From Acaryochloris marina S15 (lineage in GTDB: Bacteria > Cyanobacteriota > Cyanobacteriia > Thermosynechococcales > Thermosynechococcaceae), in assembly GCF_018336915.1 (NCBI RefSeq), contig NZ_CP064923.1:1500001-1532000 (forward strand): a DNA stretch of 32,000 bases, in the 5' to 3' direction. The position numbers were made by a program, and so were the translations under genes. Of the stretch, positions 7,908 to 16,339 are shown in pieces. The notes under the pieces were generated by a model. That model searched no databases. It was not told the DNA's origin and saw only the letters and a list, made by a program, of their open reading frames with translations. The first letter of the stretch is position 1. Each line of letters opens with the position of its first letter.

Positions 7908-10046
7908 CTAAAAATCTATTCTCAATTGCCCAGAAAAGATATGGCTATTACTGGCTCCAGACCCACTCGAAATAATGTTGGTGAGAACATAACCAAAATC
8001 AAGCTCTACATTCTCAGCCAAAGACGCTGTACATTTTGCTTGTAGCCCTCGACCGGTACTCTTACCCCCATTTACTACTTGGTTACCAATGGAGGCAGCA
8101 AATTGACAGGTTAAAGGATCAAAAATTTTCCCTTTCCAACCCACTTCAGCGTTATAGAGTAAAAAGCCTAGGGGGGAAAAATAACCACTCTCGGCTTCTA
8201 AGTCTTCCGCAAAATTCCAGGTAAATACGTTAGCTGCGACAGAAAATGGCCCTATTTTTCGCTCTAAGCGGCTGAAAGACTGGATTTCTTGGTTACCATC
8301 ACTGAAGAATCCAGCTTGTAACAGGCCAAAGAATGTAGTCTTACTGTCAATTTGCCAAAATACACTGGGACGAATCCGCCAATAGCTAATGTCATTTTCT
8401 AAAGTCGTGGTGTTGAATTTATAGGGGCCATGCTCGACTTCTCCAGAGACTAGGACTTGGCCAAAGAGGGACGTCTTCGCTCCCACCTTAAACGTAGGTT
8501 GAGGAGCTAAACGGTTAAATACTTCGGCACCCGCTGCCACATTGATGGAAACCTCTCCGACCTCAGTCTCCCACCCTAAAATTAGTGGAATATTTTTGAC
8601 GGGTTCCTGACCATCCTGGCTATAGGTATTCATCCCTGTTGTAAACGTGACAACATCTCCATTCCGAACTCGGAACGTAACCACTTCTTCAATTTTTAAG
8701 TTTTCTTTGCCAAATTCATCGAAATCAAGCTTGAAGTCAGTCGTTGAATTCTCTAAGACAATAAAAGATACCTGTGGATCATCAGCGGCTCCAATCGGGG
8801 TTAAGTCAGCTGGCAACCGATTTTGAGGCGTAATTTTAGGCTGTTGAATCGGTATATCTGCAGGCACTGTAGGAGATTGAGCGGTCGTTTGTGCAGGAAC
8901 TTTAGGTGTATCTTGCACAAGAACAGGCTGAGATGTAGGTGAAATATTTTGCTGCGGACGGGGGGAGGGAACCGATCGGAAACGGGGGATAGAGGTAGGG
9001 GATGGGTTGTTCCTAGAGGCCTCTGGCACAGTAGGTTGGGACCTTAGTGGTGCTAGCGGTGGCGGCCCTGATGGACGGACAGCAGGGCTAGAATTAGGCG
9101 TCTGCTCAGCGGGCGTTGCAGCGCCTCCTTCAACAGAATTATTGAGTGGAGTAGAGGAAGGTAGATTCCGAGGAACGGGACCGGAAGGACGGGCCGTTGG
9201 ACTAGATGTAGGAACTCTATCAACAGGCGTTGCAGCACCTCCCTCGACAGAATCTTGGGGGGAGGAGGAGGAGGGGAGCGCTGGGATATTCGTTGGACCT
9301 GAAGGGCGAGTCGCTGGACTATAGACGGGAATTCTATCTGTAGGTGTTGCAGCCCCTCCCTGAAAATCATCTGGTGAGGAGCGAGGAGGAATATCTTGTG
9401 GCCGAGGCGCTGGACCTGAAGGGCGAGCAGCTGGACTATAGGTAGGAGGTTTGTCAGTAGGCGTCACAGTCCCTCCCTGAGAATCATCTGATGAGGGGAG
9501 GGGTGAGGCAATTTGCCGAGGAGTAGGACCTGAGGGGCGAGCAGCCGGACGATAGGTAGGGGTTGTAGCCCCTCCCTGAAAATCATCTGGTGATGAAGGG
9601 AGATTAGGGACTTCTGTTTGCCGAGGACCAGGGCCTGAGGGCCGGGCAGTCGGACTGATGATGAGTAGAGGGGAGTTGGGAGGGACTGGAGCCGGAGAAT
9701 ATGGCTGAGAATCTTCAAAGGGTGGAACTCCCCCCGTCCCTGTGGGGATATTCACATCAGTAGGAAACGTAGCTCCGCCTTTGGGGCCTGCTTGAGACTG
9801 GCTGGTAGGAGTAATGGCCGGTAATGGCGGAAAAGGCTGGGTAGAATGCTGGGGACTCGTTGGCTTTTGTGGAGAACGACCAGATTGAACAATAGGCTGA
9901 TGCAAACTGGGATTCAACCCATAGGGGCCTGCAAACAATAACGGCTGCTGAATCACAGGAGGGTCAGTGATCGATAACTCCTGAACCTCTGGAATATTGA
10001 GGTCAGTTTGACAGCCTAAACATAGCGTTGCCAACACGGAGAGCAT
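7908..10046 (-). CDS. Putative outer-membrane protein: short signal or lipoprotein-like N-terminus, about 250 aa of Pro-rich repeats, and a C-terminal beta-barrel-like domain ending in Phe
   Basis: From the ORF track, 712 aa. The N-terminus is MLSVLATLCLGC/Q, with a Cys after a short hydrophobic stretch; it is not a textbook lipobox. Six RPSGP-containing repeats follow. The last ~290 aa show alternating hydrophobic/polar strand-like segments rich in G, S, N and aromatics, and end ...HIFSGQLRIDF, a terminal aromatic typical of the OMP beta-signal. Confidence 0.75.
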   Translation of the reverse strand: MLSVLATLCLGCQTDLNIPEVQELSITDPPVIQQPLLFAGPYGLNPSLHQPIVQSGRSPQKPTSPQHSTQPFPPLPAITPTSQSQAGPKGGATFPTDVNIPTGTGGVPPFEDSQPYSPAPVPPNSPLLIISPTARPSGPGPRQTEVPNLPSSPDDFQGGATTPTYRPAARPSGPTPRQIASPLPSSDDSQGGTVTPTDKPPTYSPAARPSGPAPRPQDIPPRSSPDDFQGGAATPTDRIPVYSPATRPSGPTNIPALPSSSSPQDSVEGGAATPVDRVPTSSPTARPSGPVPRNLPSSTPLNNSVEGGAATPAEQTPNSSPAVRPSGPPPLAPLRSQPTVPEASRNNPSPTSIPRFRSVPSPRPQQNISPTSQPVLVQDTPKVPAQTTAQSPTVPADIPIQQPKITPQNRLPADLTPIGAADDPQVSFIVLENSTTDFKLDFDEFGKENLKIEEVVTFRVRNGDVVTFTTGMNTYSQDGQEPVKNIPLILGWETEVGEVSINVAAGAEVFNRLAPQPTFKVGAKTSLFGQVLVSGEVEHGPYKFNTTTLENDISYWRIRPSVFWQIDSKTTFFGLLQAGFFSDGNQEIQSFSRLERKIGPFSVAANVFTWNFAEDLEAESGYFSPLGFLLYNAEVGWKGKIFDPLTCQFAASIGNQVVNGGKSTGRGLQAKCTASLAENVELDFGYVLTNIISSGSGASNSHIFSGQLRIDF
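9051..9785. repeat. Degenerate in-frame tandem repeats of about 115-125 bp encoding the Pro-rich units (..SPxARPSGPxPR..SSPDDFQGGAxTPTD..)
   Basis: The protein repeats ARPSGPGPRQ, ARPSGPTPRQ, ARPSGPAPRP, TRPSGPTN, ARPSGPVPRN and VRPSGPPP are each followed by (D/S)(F/S)(Q/V)(G/E)GA(A/T)TP(T/V/A). At DNA level the recurring strings are cctgaagggcgagc and ggcgttgcagc. Confidence 0.7.
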
Positions 10047-10167
10047 GAGAGATGATCCACCACAGAACAGAGCATGGGGGAAATTCAGTCAAAAAACGAC
10101 ATTTTTTGAGAAAATCAATCTGCCCCAGTTTAGAGTGCCCTGTAAATTGTGGACTAACGCATGATTT

Positions 10168-11529
10168 TTACGTCTGTCTAGAGGAAATAGGTCGCCATCC
10201 TGGGAAAACACTTTGCCGTTGACGAGCTACGACCAGGGCATCATCGCCGACATTCTTAGTAATAGTGGAACCCGCTGCAACGGTAACATCCTTCCCTAGC
10301 GTAATTGGAGCCACTAGGACGCTGTTTGCACCAGTTTTAGTGCGATCGCCAATCTGAGTCAGGTGTTTGTTCACTCCGTCATAGTTGGCAGTAATCGTAC
10401 CTGCGCCAATATTGACCTGGGTTCCCAACGTTGCATCCCCTAGATAAGACAGGTGGGCAACGTTGGTGCGATCGCCAATCGTCGTTTTTTTCATTTCGAC
10501 AAAATTACCGACCCGGCATTTCTCGCCAATTTGTACATTCCCCCGCAGATGCGTGTATGGCCCTATCCGAGAGTTACTGCCCACTCGGCTATCTGAGATA
10601 ACGGAATAAAGGATCTGAACATTTGCACCAATCTGGCTATTCTCGATCAAACTTCCAGGACCGATACGGCTACCGGTATCAATTTTGGTATTGCCCCGTA
10701 GGTGGGTTTGGGGTTCGATAATCACGTCGGTCCCCAATTCGACTGCTTCATCGATGGTAATGCTATCTGGGTCTACGATGGTTACCCCTGCGGCTAGCCA
10801 ATCATCCTTAATCCGATCTTGCAAAATTGTGTAGGCGGTCGTTAATTGTTTGCGATCGTTAATGCCCAGAATTTCTTGATAATCATCGACATCCAGAACC
10901 ATTACTGGGTCTAGGTAGTTAACCGCATCGGTCAGGTAATATTCTTTCTGGTCATTTTCGGCTTTGAGATTGGGCAACACTTCGGCTAAAGCCGACCAAC
11001 GAAAACAATAGACCCCCGCATTGATCCGTTGATTTTGACGCTGAGCAGGCGTACAGTCTCGATCTTCAATAATTTCCTGCAAATGCATTTGAGCATCACA
11101 AAAGACCCGACCATAACCCTTGGGATTGGGAAGTTGAGCCGTCAAAATGGTCGCCGCATTCTGATGTTCTTGATGGGTTGCCAGCATTTTTTGCAAGGTC
11201 CCGGGTCGGAGCAAGGGGACATCACCATTGAGAACAAGCAAGTCTCCTTCAAAGCCTTGCATCACAGGCAGCACTTGCTGGACGGCATGGCCGGTTCCTA
11301 ATTGCTCCGTTTGTTCCACAAATTCTAAGTTGGGCCAGGCTTGCATCTCCGTCCGCACTTGATCGGCAGCATAGCCCACAATCACGATCTGGCGAGATGG
11401 AGAGAGGTTTTGGGTGCTGCTTAATACCCGCTCAACCAGACTCTTACCCCCTAACTGATGTAGTACCTTGGGCAGGTTCGACCTCATGCGTGTGCCTTTA
11501 CCCGCTGCCAAAATTGCTACCGCGATCAT
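10168..11529 (-). CDS. glmU: Bifunctional UDP-N-acetylglucosamine pyrophosphorylase / glucosamine-1-phosphate N-acetyltransferase
   Basis: 453 aa. The N-terminal nucleotidyltransferase motif is [24 protein letters not shown]. The C-terminal half consists of left-handed beta-helix hexapeptide repeats ([40 protein letters not shown]). Length and order are typical of GlmU. Confidence 0.95.
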   Translation of the reverse strand: MIAVAILAAGKGTRMRSNLPKVLHQLGGKSLVERVLSSTQNLSPSRQIVIVGYAADQVRTEMQAWPNLEFVEQTEQLGTGHAVQQVLPVMQGFEGDLLVLNGDVPLLRPGTLQKMLATHQEHQNAATILTAQLPNPKGYGRVFCDAQMHLQEIIEDRDCTPAQRQNQRINAGVYCFRWSALAEVLPNLKAENDQKEYYLTDAVNYLDPVMVLDVDDYQEILGINDRKQLTTAYTILQDRIKDDWLAAGVTIVDPDSITIDEAVELGTDVIIEPQTHLRGNTKIDTGSRIGPGSLIENSQIGANVQILYSVISDSRVGSNSRIGPYTHLRGNVQIGEKCRVGNFVEMKKTTIGDRTNVAHLSYLGDATLGTQVNIGAGTITANYDGVNKHLTQIGDRTKTGANSVLVAPITLGKDVTVAAGSTITKNVGDDALVVARQRQSVFPGWRPISSRQT

Positions 11530-12421
11530 GTCCTTGTCCTAGGGAGTCAACACCCACGGAGTATATCGTGCTTCTTCGCCAATAAGGACAACAGATTGTT
11601 GCTAAAGATGGTAAGTCAGTTTAGACAAGGTGGGTTGATCAGAACGTACCTATCGAACGTATCTGATGTGAGTCCACTTCATTTGAATTGGGAATATTCA
11701 GAAAATCAGGGTTTGAAATAGCAGATTGCTCGATGCATATTCTGGTAGGTTACATTCAGAAGTGTTGATGATTGGAAGCATTCAAGTTTTATCTCAAAAT
11801 GGCCCTCTCAATTGCCTCCTGACATGGGCTATTGATATCAAAAATCTATGATCGCCATAAATCAAGGGGGGGATATCCTGGCACTCCCACTGGATTTGTG
11901 AGGACCATATTTTTAACCCAAAAAGCTAACATTCCAATCCCTTACAAGCAGGAAATTGAGGATCCTATTTCCTACCATTTTTATCACTCCATACTCAATC
12001 TAAATATTGGTAATGATGGAGAGCAGGGCTAGTTCTCAAGATCGGATCACAGGAATATTATTGACTGAGGAAGGCATGTGTTTTTACCTATGATGCGTTT
12101 ATGTCTTGCAGGTTACAACTTGTGACATGGGAGAAAATAACGGCTTCTAAACTATTCCCATGATTTTCACAAATTTGAGTTTATATAGGGCTAGTAGAAC
12201 TCAAAGACCTAGGGATCGAGAGCAAGAAAAAGGAAATGCGTAAATCTGGGAACTAATTATTAATAATCTCAGGCGTTGTTTGATTCTGATTGTTTTCCAG
12301 AAATACATAGTAAACAACTTCAATCTGTGCTGATTTTCTTAATTCTTTATTGATCATAACTCAAAAAAATATGGCAGTATTAATACATTCAGGTGATATT
12401 TATAGAGAGATTCATTGATTT

Positions 12422-12799
12422 ATGGCTAGGAAAAGTAAGCAAACTAAGCCCATAACAGGTGAGGCGTTAATTACGAAGGTCAAACAACTGAGTGACTTGA
12501 CCCGTGAAGAGAAAGCCAAAGCCTGTGGATATACGTCTAATGAGTCAGACGGCTCGGAACGAATTAAAGTGATGGCCTTCCTCAATGCTCTGTTGGATGC
12601 AGAAGGAGTGAATTTAGATCGGCATTCCTCTGATGGAGATGGTCGAGGTGGGCGCAAAGCCAGTTATAAGGTTAGTGTGCAGTCCAACGGTAATATTTTA
12701 GTGGGACGTACTTATACCAAAGCTTTGGAATTAGAGCCTGGAGATGAATTTGAAATCACGGTTGGTCGCAAGCATATTCATTTGAACAAGGTGGCTTAG
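12422..12799 (+). CDS. Cyanobacterial AbrB-like (cyAbrB) transcriptional regulator
   Basis: 125 aa. The N-terminal part is KPITGEALITKVKQLSDLTREEKAKACGYTS. The C-terminal AbrB/SpoVT-type swapped-hairpin region is YKVSVQSNGNILVGRTYTKALELEPGDEFEITVGRKHIHL. This closely matches my recollection of Synechocystis Sll0822-type cyAbrB proteins. Confidence 0.85.
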   Translation: MARKSKQTKPITGEALITKVKQLSDLTREEKAKACGYTSNESDGSERIKVMAFLNALLDAEGVNLDRHSSDGDGRGGRKASYKVSVQSNGNILVGRTYTKALELEPGDEFEITVGRKHIHLNKVA

Positions 12800-12908
12800 T
12801 TCATGGAGCTGGCATCCAAAATGCCCTTATAGTCTCAGGTACGATGAGGAGACCAACGGCTCATCGACTTTCTATTAAATTTCAATTACATTCAATACCT
12901 ACAAATCA

Positions 12909-12945
12909 ACGGGTGGCTTATCTTTTGGATGCCATCCGTTTTCTC
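12909..12945 (+). terminator. Candidate rho-independent terminator downstream of the cyAbrB gene
   Basis: ACGGGTGGC (12909-12917) pairs with GCCATCCGT (12931-12939), giving 9 bp including one G-U. The loop is 13 nt and the stem is followed by TTTTCTC. Confidence 0.5.
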
Positions 12946-13217
12946 ATGGGTGGGATCAGCGTTTGGCTTTAGGCAAGATCCAAATCATCTATGTCATTGA
13001 CCCGAAAGATGGGATATTTCTCTACCTATGCTTGTCGGGAATTTGCTGATAACGCCTAACCGATATAGACTCCGGCTACCTCATGGGGCTAATCAAATCA
13101 ACTTTAGAGCCAGCGAATAATCTAGGGTGATTATTGTCTCGTCATCTCTGTTGCCAAGATGCATTAGATTTGCGATCGCACCCTCCATACCCCTCGCGAA
13201 AACAAAAACAAATGTAC

Positions 13218-13223
13218 TATAAT
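13218..13223 (+). promoter_or_regulatory. Perfect TATAAT -10-like hexamer about 75 nt upstream of the topoisomerase start
   Basis: TATAAT at 13218-13223 within aaatgtacTATAATcttcc. I saw no convincing -35 element, so the support is weak. Confidence 0.3.
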
Positions 13224-13298
13224 CTTCCAATCCAGTCCCCCTAAATAAATCCCCATTAAGACTGCGTCAGTTATTCACGCATCACTAGAGAACTGAAC

Positions 13299-15422
13299 AT
13301 GCCTCGCCTACTGATCGTCGAATCCCCCGGAAAAATCAAGAAGCTCAGATCGATTCTAGGTGCAGGCTGGAATGTCCGGGCCTCCGTAGGCCATATCAGA
13401 CAGCTCGCCAATACGGGCACGGGTAACCTAGGGTTTGAGGTGCAGAATGGCCACATCAACTGTAGTTATGAACCGCGAGACGACCGGGCCAAAAAGACCA
13501 TCGCCGATCTCAAAACCGCTGCCAAACAGGCCGACGAGATTTTTATTGCCAGCGACCCGGACCGAGAGGGGGAGGTAATCGGGTGGCATATTGCCCAGGT
13601 GCTGGGGATTAAGAAACCGAAGCGCGTGGTCTATCAAGAAATTACGGAACGAGCCGTTCAGCAGGCCATTGCCCATCCCAAGTCCTTGGATATGGATTTA
13701 GTGGAGGCCGGTCGCTGTCGAGATTGTCTGGATAAGCTCGTGGGCTATCGGGGCTCTCCCTTAGTCTGGCGCTTGAACAACGGCGCGAAATCCGTCGGCC
13801 GAGTCCAGTCCGCGACCCTGCACCTGATTTGTCAGCGTGAACGCGAGATTCAAATCTTTGTGCCTCAAGATTATTGGTCGGTGTTTGTCGAGTATGCCGA
13901 AGGATTCAAAGGGTTTTACCACGGTAGTACTGCAGCAAACGAGCCAGACGAAACCACCATTGAAGATGCGGGTTCAGAGGCCAAAACCGAAGAATCCACC
14001 CGAGTTACCTCCCAGGCTGCCGCCGATGCCTTAGTTGAAATTGCCCAAACCAATCCTCACCACATCCTCTCCATAGAAGGGAAGATCACTCCCAAAAAGC
14101 CCCCCGCCCCGTTTACCACCTCGGCCCTCCAACAAGCCGCCGGATCGCGTCTCAAGTTCAGTCCTGAGCAAACCATGCAGGTGGCCCAAAAGCTCTATGA
14201 AGCGGGTCTGATTACCTACATGCGAACGGATTCGGTGATCTTGTCCCCAGACTACTGTGGTGCCGCCAAAAAATGGCTAGAGCAAAATGACGTAGACAAT
14301 GTCCCTAAAACAGTCGCTAAGCAAAAAGGGGGCAAGCAAACTCAGGAGGGCCATGAAGCCATCCGCCCGACGGATATTTTCAAACCCTCCGCTGAACTGA
14401 AGCAATCCCTCCCGGATGATCAGTTCAAACTATACGTGTTGATTTGGACCCGAGCTTTAGCCTCCCAATGCAAACCTGCTCAGATCCGTAAAACCATCGT
14501 TATCAGCCAGTCTGGCGAGGTTCAATGGAAGGCCAAGGGCAATCTAGTTGAGTTCAAGGGCTACTCGAAATACTGGAAAGATATTAAAGCCGATACAGAA
14601 CTCCCTACCCTGCAGCCTCAACAGATCCTCACCCTAGCCCAGGCCGATTCCCAGCAGAAACAGACCCAGCCCCCCCCTCGCTACAGTGAACCGAAGCTGG
14701 TCCAGCTGATGGAGAAAAAGGGGATTGGTCGGCCATCCACCTATGCTCCCACGATCAAGACCATCAAGACTCGGGGCTATGTCGATTTGATCAAAGGCAA
14801 ACTCCAGCCCACCCCGATTGGCATGGAGGTGGATCAGTTTATGGAGGGTGCGTTACCGGAGCTATTGGAGGCTAAGTTTACGGCCCAGATGGAGAGTTCC
14901 TTGGATGCGATCGCACAAGGGAATCAGGAATGGCAAAACTATCTGATCGACTGGAACCGCAGTTATTTTGCTCCGGCCTTAGCTAAGGCATTGAAAGATT
15001 TACCTGAAGCTACTGGCAGCTATGGGGGTAAAGACTTACAAAAGTCTAGAACCAAATGTCCGGGTTGCAGTAACCCCATGTCCAAAGTGCCCAGCCAAAA
15101 GGTAAAGAAGAAGTATTTCCTCAAATGCGAAAACGGCTGCACGGCGGACGATGGGCGAGGTTTGGTGATGTTCTGGTCCGATAGGGATAAGAATTGGCAA
15201 GTCCCCCAGGCAAAGTCTGATCAGCCTGCAGAACTCACTGATTATCCTTGTCCGGCCTGTAACCAGAAAATGGAGATTTACCAATACCAAAAGGAGGGGC
15301 AGGCCAAGCAAATGCTTCGATGCTCAGATCCCAAAGCCAGAGCTAACAAGAAGCATAAAGATGCCGTCTATTTTCAAAGTAAAGGACGGTGGTGGAGCCC
15401 TAAACATGGGGAATTGGAATAA
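13299..15422 (+). CDS. Type IA DNA topoisomerase, short 707-aa form
   Basis: Toprim N-terminus MPRLLIVESPGKIKKL...IFIASDPDREGEVIGWH. Catalytic-Tyr motif GLITYMRTDS, plus EGHEAIRPTD and GIGRPSTYAPTI. The C-terminus has one clear C4 zinc ribbon (CPGCSNPM...18...CENGC) and a second, partly degenerate one (CPACNQKM...RCSD). Confidence 0.9.
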   Translation: MPRLLIVESPGKIKKLRSILGAGWNVRASVGHIRQLANTGTGNLGFEVQNGHINCSYEPRDDRAKKTIADLKTAAKQADEIFIASDPDREGEVIGWHIAQVLGIKKPKRVVYQEITERAVQQAIAHPKSLDMDLVEAGRCRDCLDKLVGYRGSPLVWRLNNGAKSVGRVQSATLHLICQREREIQIFVPQDYWSVFVEYAEGFKGFYHGSTAANEPDETTIEDAGSEAKTEESTRVTSQAAADALVEIAQTNPHHILSIEGKITPKKPPAPFTTSALQQAAGSRLKFSPEQTMQVAQKLYEAGLITYMRTDSVILSPDYCGAAKKWLEQNDVDNVPKTVAKQKGGKQTQEGHEAIRPTDIFKPSAELKQSLPDDQFKLYVLIWTRALASQCKPAQIRKTIVISQSGEVQWKAKGNLVEFKGYSKYWKDIKADTELPTLQPQQILTLAQADSQQKQTQPPPRYSEPKLVQLMEKKGIGRPSTYAPTIKTIKTRGYVDLIKGKLQPTPIGMEVDQFMEGALPELLEAKFTAQMESSLDAIAQGNQEWQNYLIDWNRSYFAPALAKALKDLPEATGSYGGKDLQKSRTKCPGCSNPMSKVPSQKVKKKYFLKCENGCTADDGRGLVMFWSDRDKNWQVPQAKSDQPAELTDYPCPACNQKMEIYQYQKEGQAKQMLRCSDPKARANKKHKDAVYFQSKGRWWSPKHGELE

Positions 15423-15427
15423 AGAAA

Positions 15428-15452
15428 TCCCCTACAAAAAAATTGCAGGGGA
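15428..15452 (+). terminator. Weak hairpin just after the topoisomerase stop codon
   Basis: TCCCCTACA / TGCAGGGGA forms 9 bp with one A-C mismatch around a 7-nt A-rich loop. The T-run (CTTTTGT) sits 8 nt further downstream, so it is not canonical. Confidence 0.3.
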
Positions 15453-15686
15453 AGTAAGGCTTTTGTAACTTCAGTACTTTTACTTATGATGCCCACTGAG
15501 CATAGGTTTTCACCCTCAGCGGTAGCCCAAAGATGGCGTCTATCGACCCCTCATTCAATCATTACTTCGTCCATGCGAGAGGTAGAAGCTGAAACTGAAG
15601 GATAATCATCCAAACGTTACTGGGTATCCCCCTAGAATTGCTGAAGAAGGAGCATTTGGGTAAATCGGCGTCAAACCCCCCCAATA

Positions 15687-15962
15687 TTATTCAGCGAATA
15701 TCTTATTGAATAAGTTGGTGACTTTGCTAAACGTCTTTGCTCTGCTACGACGCCCCTCTGCCAGTCTCGCATCCAAATCATCAGTGGATTCTAACTCATG
15801 AGTTGGTTCTAACTCATGAGTACTTTCCAGAAGACTTACTGCATCTTCAATCGGGGGAATAGTCTGTACTGCTGCATCCTGAATCTCGTCAGGCTTGGGG
15901 TTAGAAGTCTGTAAAGGCTTATCTACTTCAAGCTCTGAAGCTACAGGGTTAGAGAGTTCCAT
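15687..15962 (-). CDS. Hypothetical small acidic protein (91 aa)
   Basis: Supported by the ORF track only. It contains an 18-bp tandem duplication, TTCTAACTCATGAGT at 15789-15803 and again at 15807-15821, encoding THELEP/THELES. I recognise no domain. Confidence 0.3.
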   Translation of the reverse strand: MELSNPVASELEVDKPLQTSNPKPDEIQDAAVQTIPPIEDAVSLLESTHELEPTHELESTDDLDARLAEGRRSRAKTFSKVTNLFNKIFAE

Positions 15963-16274
15963 CTTTCAATATCTCGATACTTACAAATCTCTTATGGACA
16001 GGTTTATTGTTGGGCCGGCGCTCATTTATGGTCAGCTTTCAACAACCACATTGCTGGCATGTAATCTCTTAGTCCCTTAGTATTCCCCTCGGCAAGAGCT
16101 AGAGGAACATTGCGACGAATATGAAACCTGATCGAAATCGAAGCACAGGATTTAATGAAATTTTTTTGTCCCACATTGGAGCAGTTCAAGTTTGTTGCAC
16201 AATGGCAGATAGCGTAAAAGCAAACAGCGTTCTGAGGCGTTGCAGTCAAGCGGGAATCTTTTCAAAGCTTTGTA

Positions 16275-16291
16275 ATACCAATTTGTGTTTT
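16275..16291. repeat. IS630-family left terminal inverted repeat
   Basis: ATACCAATTTGTGTTTT matches the reverse complement of 17402-17418 (ATACCAATTTGCGTTTT) at 16 of 17 positions. Further internal similarity (GTAATT) lies a few bases in. Confidence 0.8.
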
Positions 16292-16339
16292 GGGATGTAA
16301 TTTAGATAGGATCTAATCCTATGTTCATTCCATAAGTAT

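Noticed and set aside
9007-9718. ORFs 9007-9324 (+), 9053-9370 (-) and 9464-9718 (-) within the Pro-rich repeat region
   Set aside because: They are alternative-frame or antisense artefacts of the GC-rich repeat region of the 712-aa gene. The main frame gives a continuous protein with a signal sequence and a barrel-like C-terminus.
16022-16249. 75-aa minus-strand ORF left of the IS630 element; possible gene disrupted by the insertion
   Set aside because: The ORF starts before the IS boundary and ends normally. The Cys/Asn-rich product has no recognisable features. I see no evidence of a truncated gene at the insertion site.
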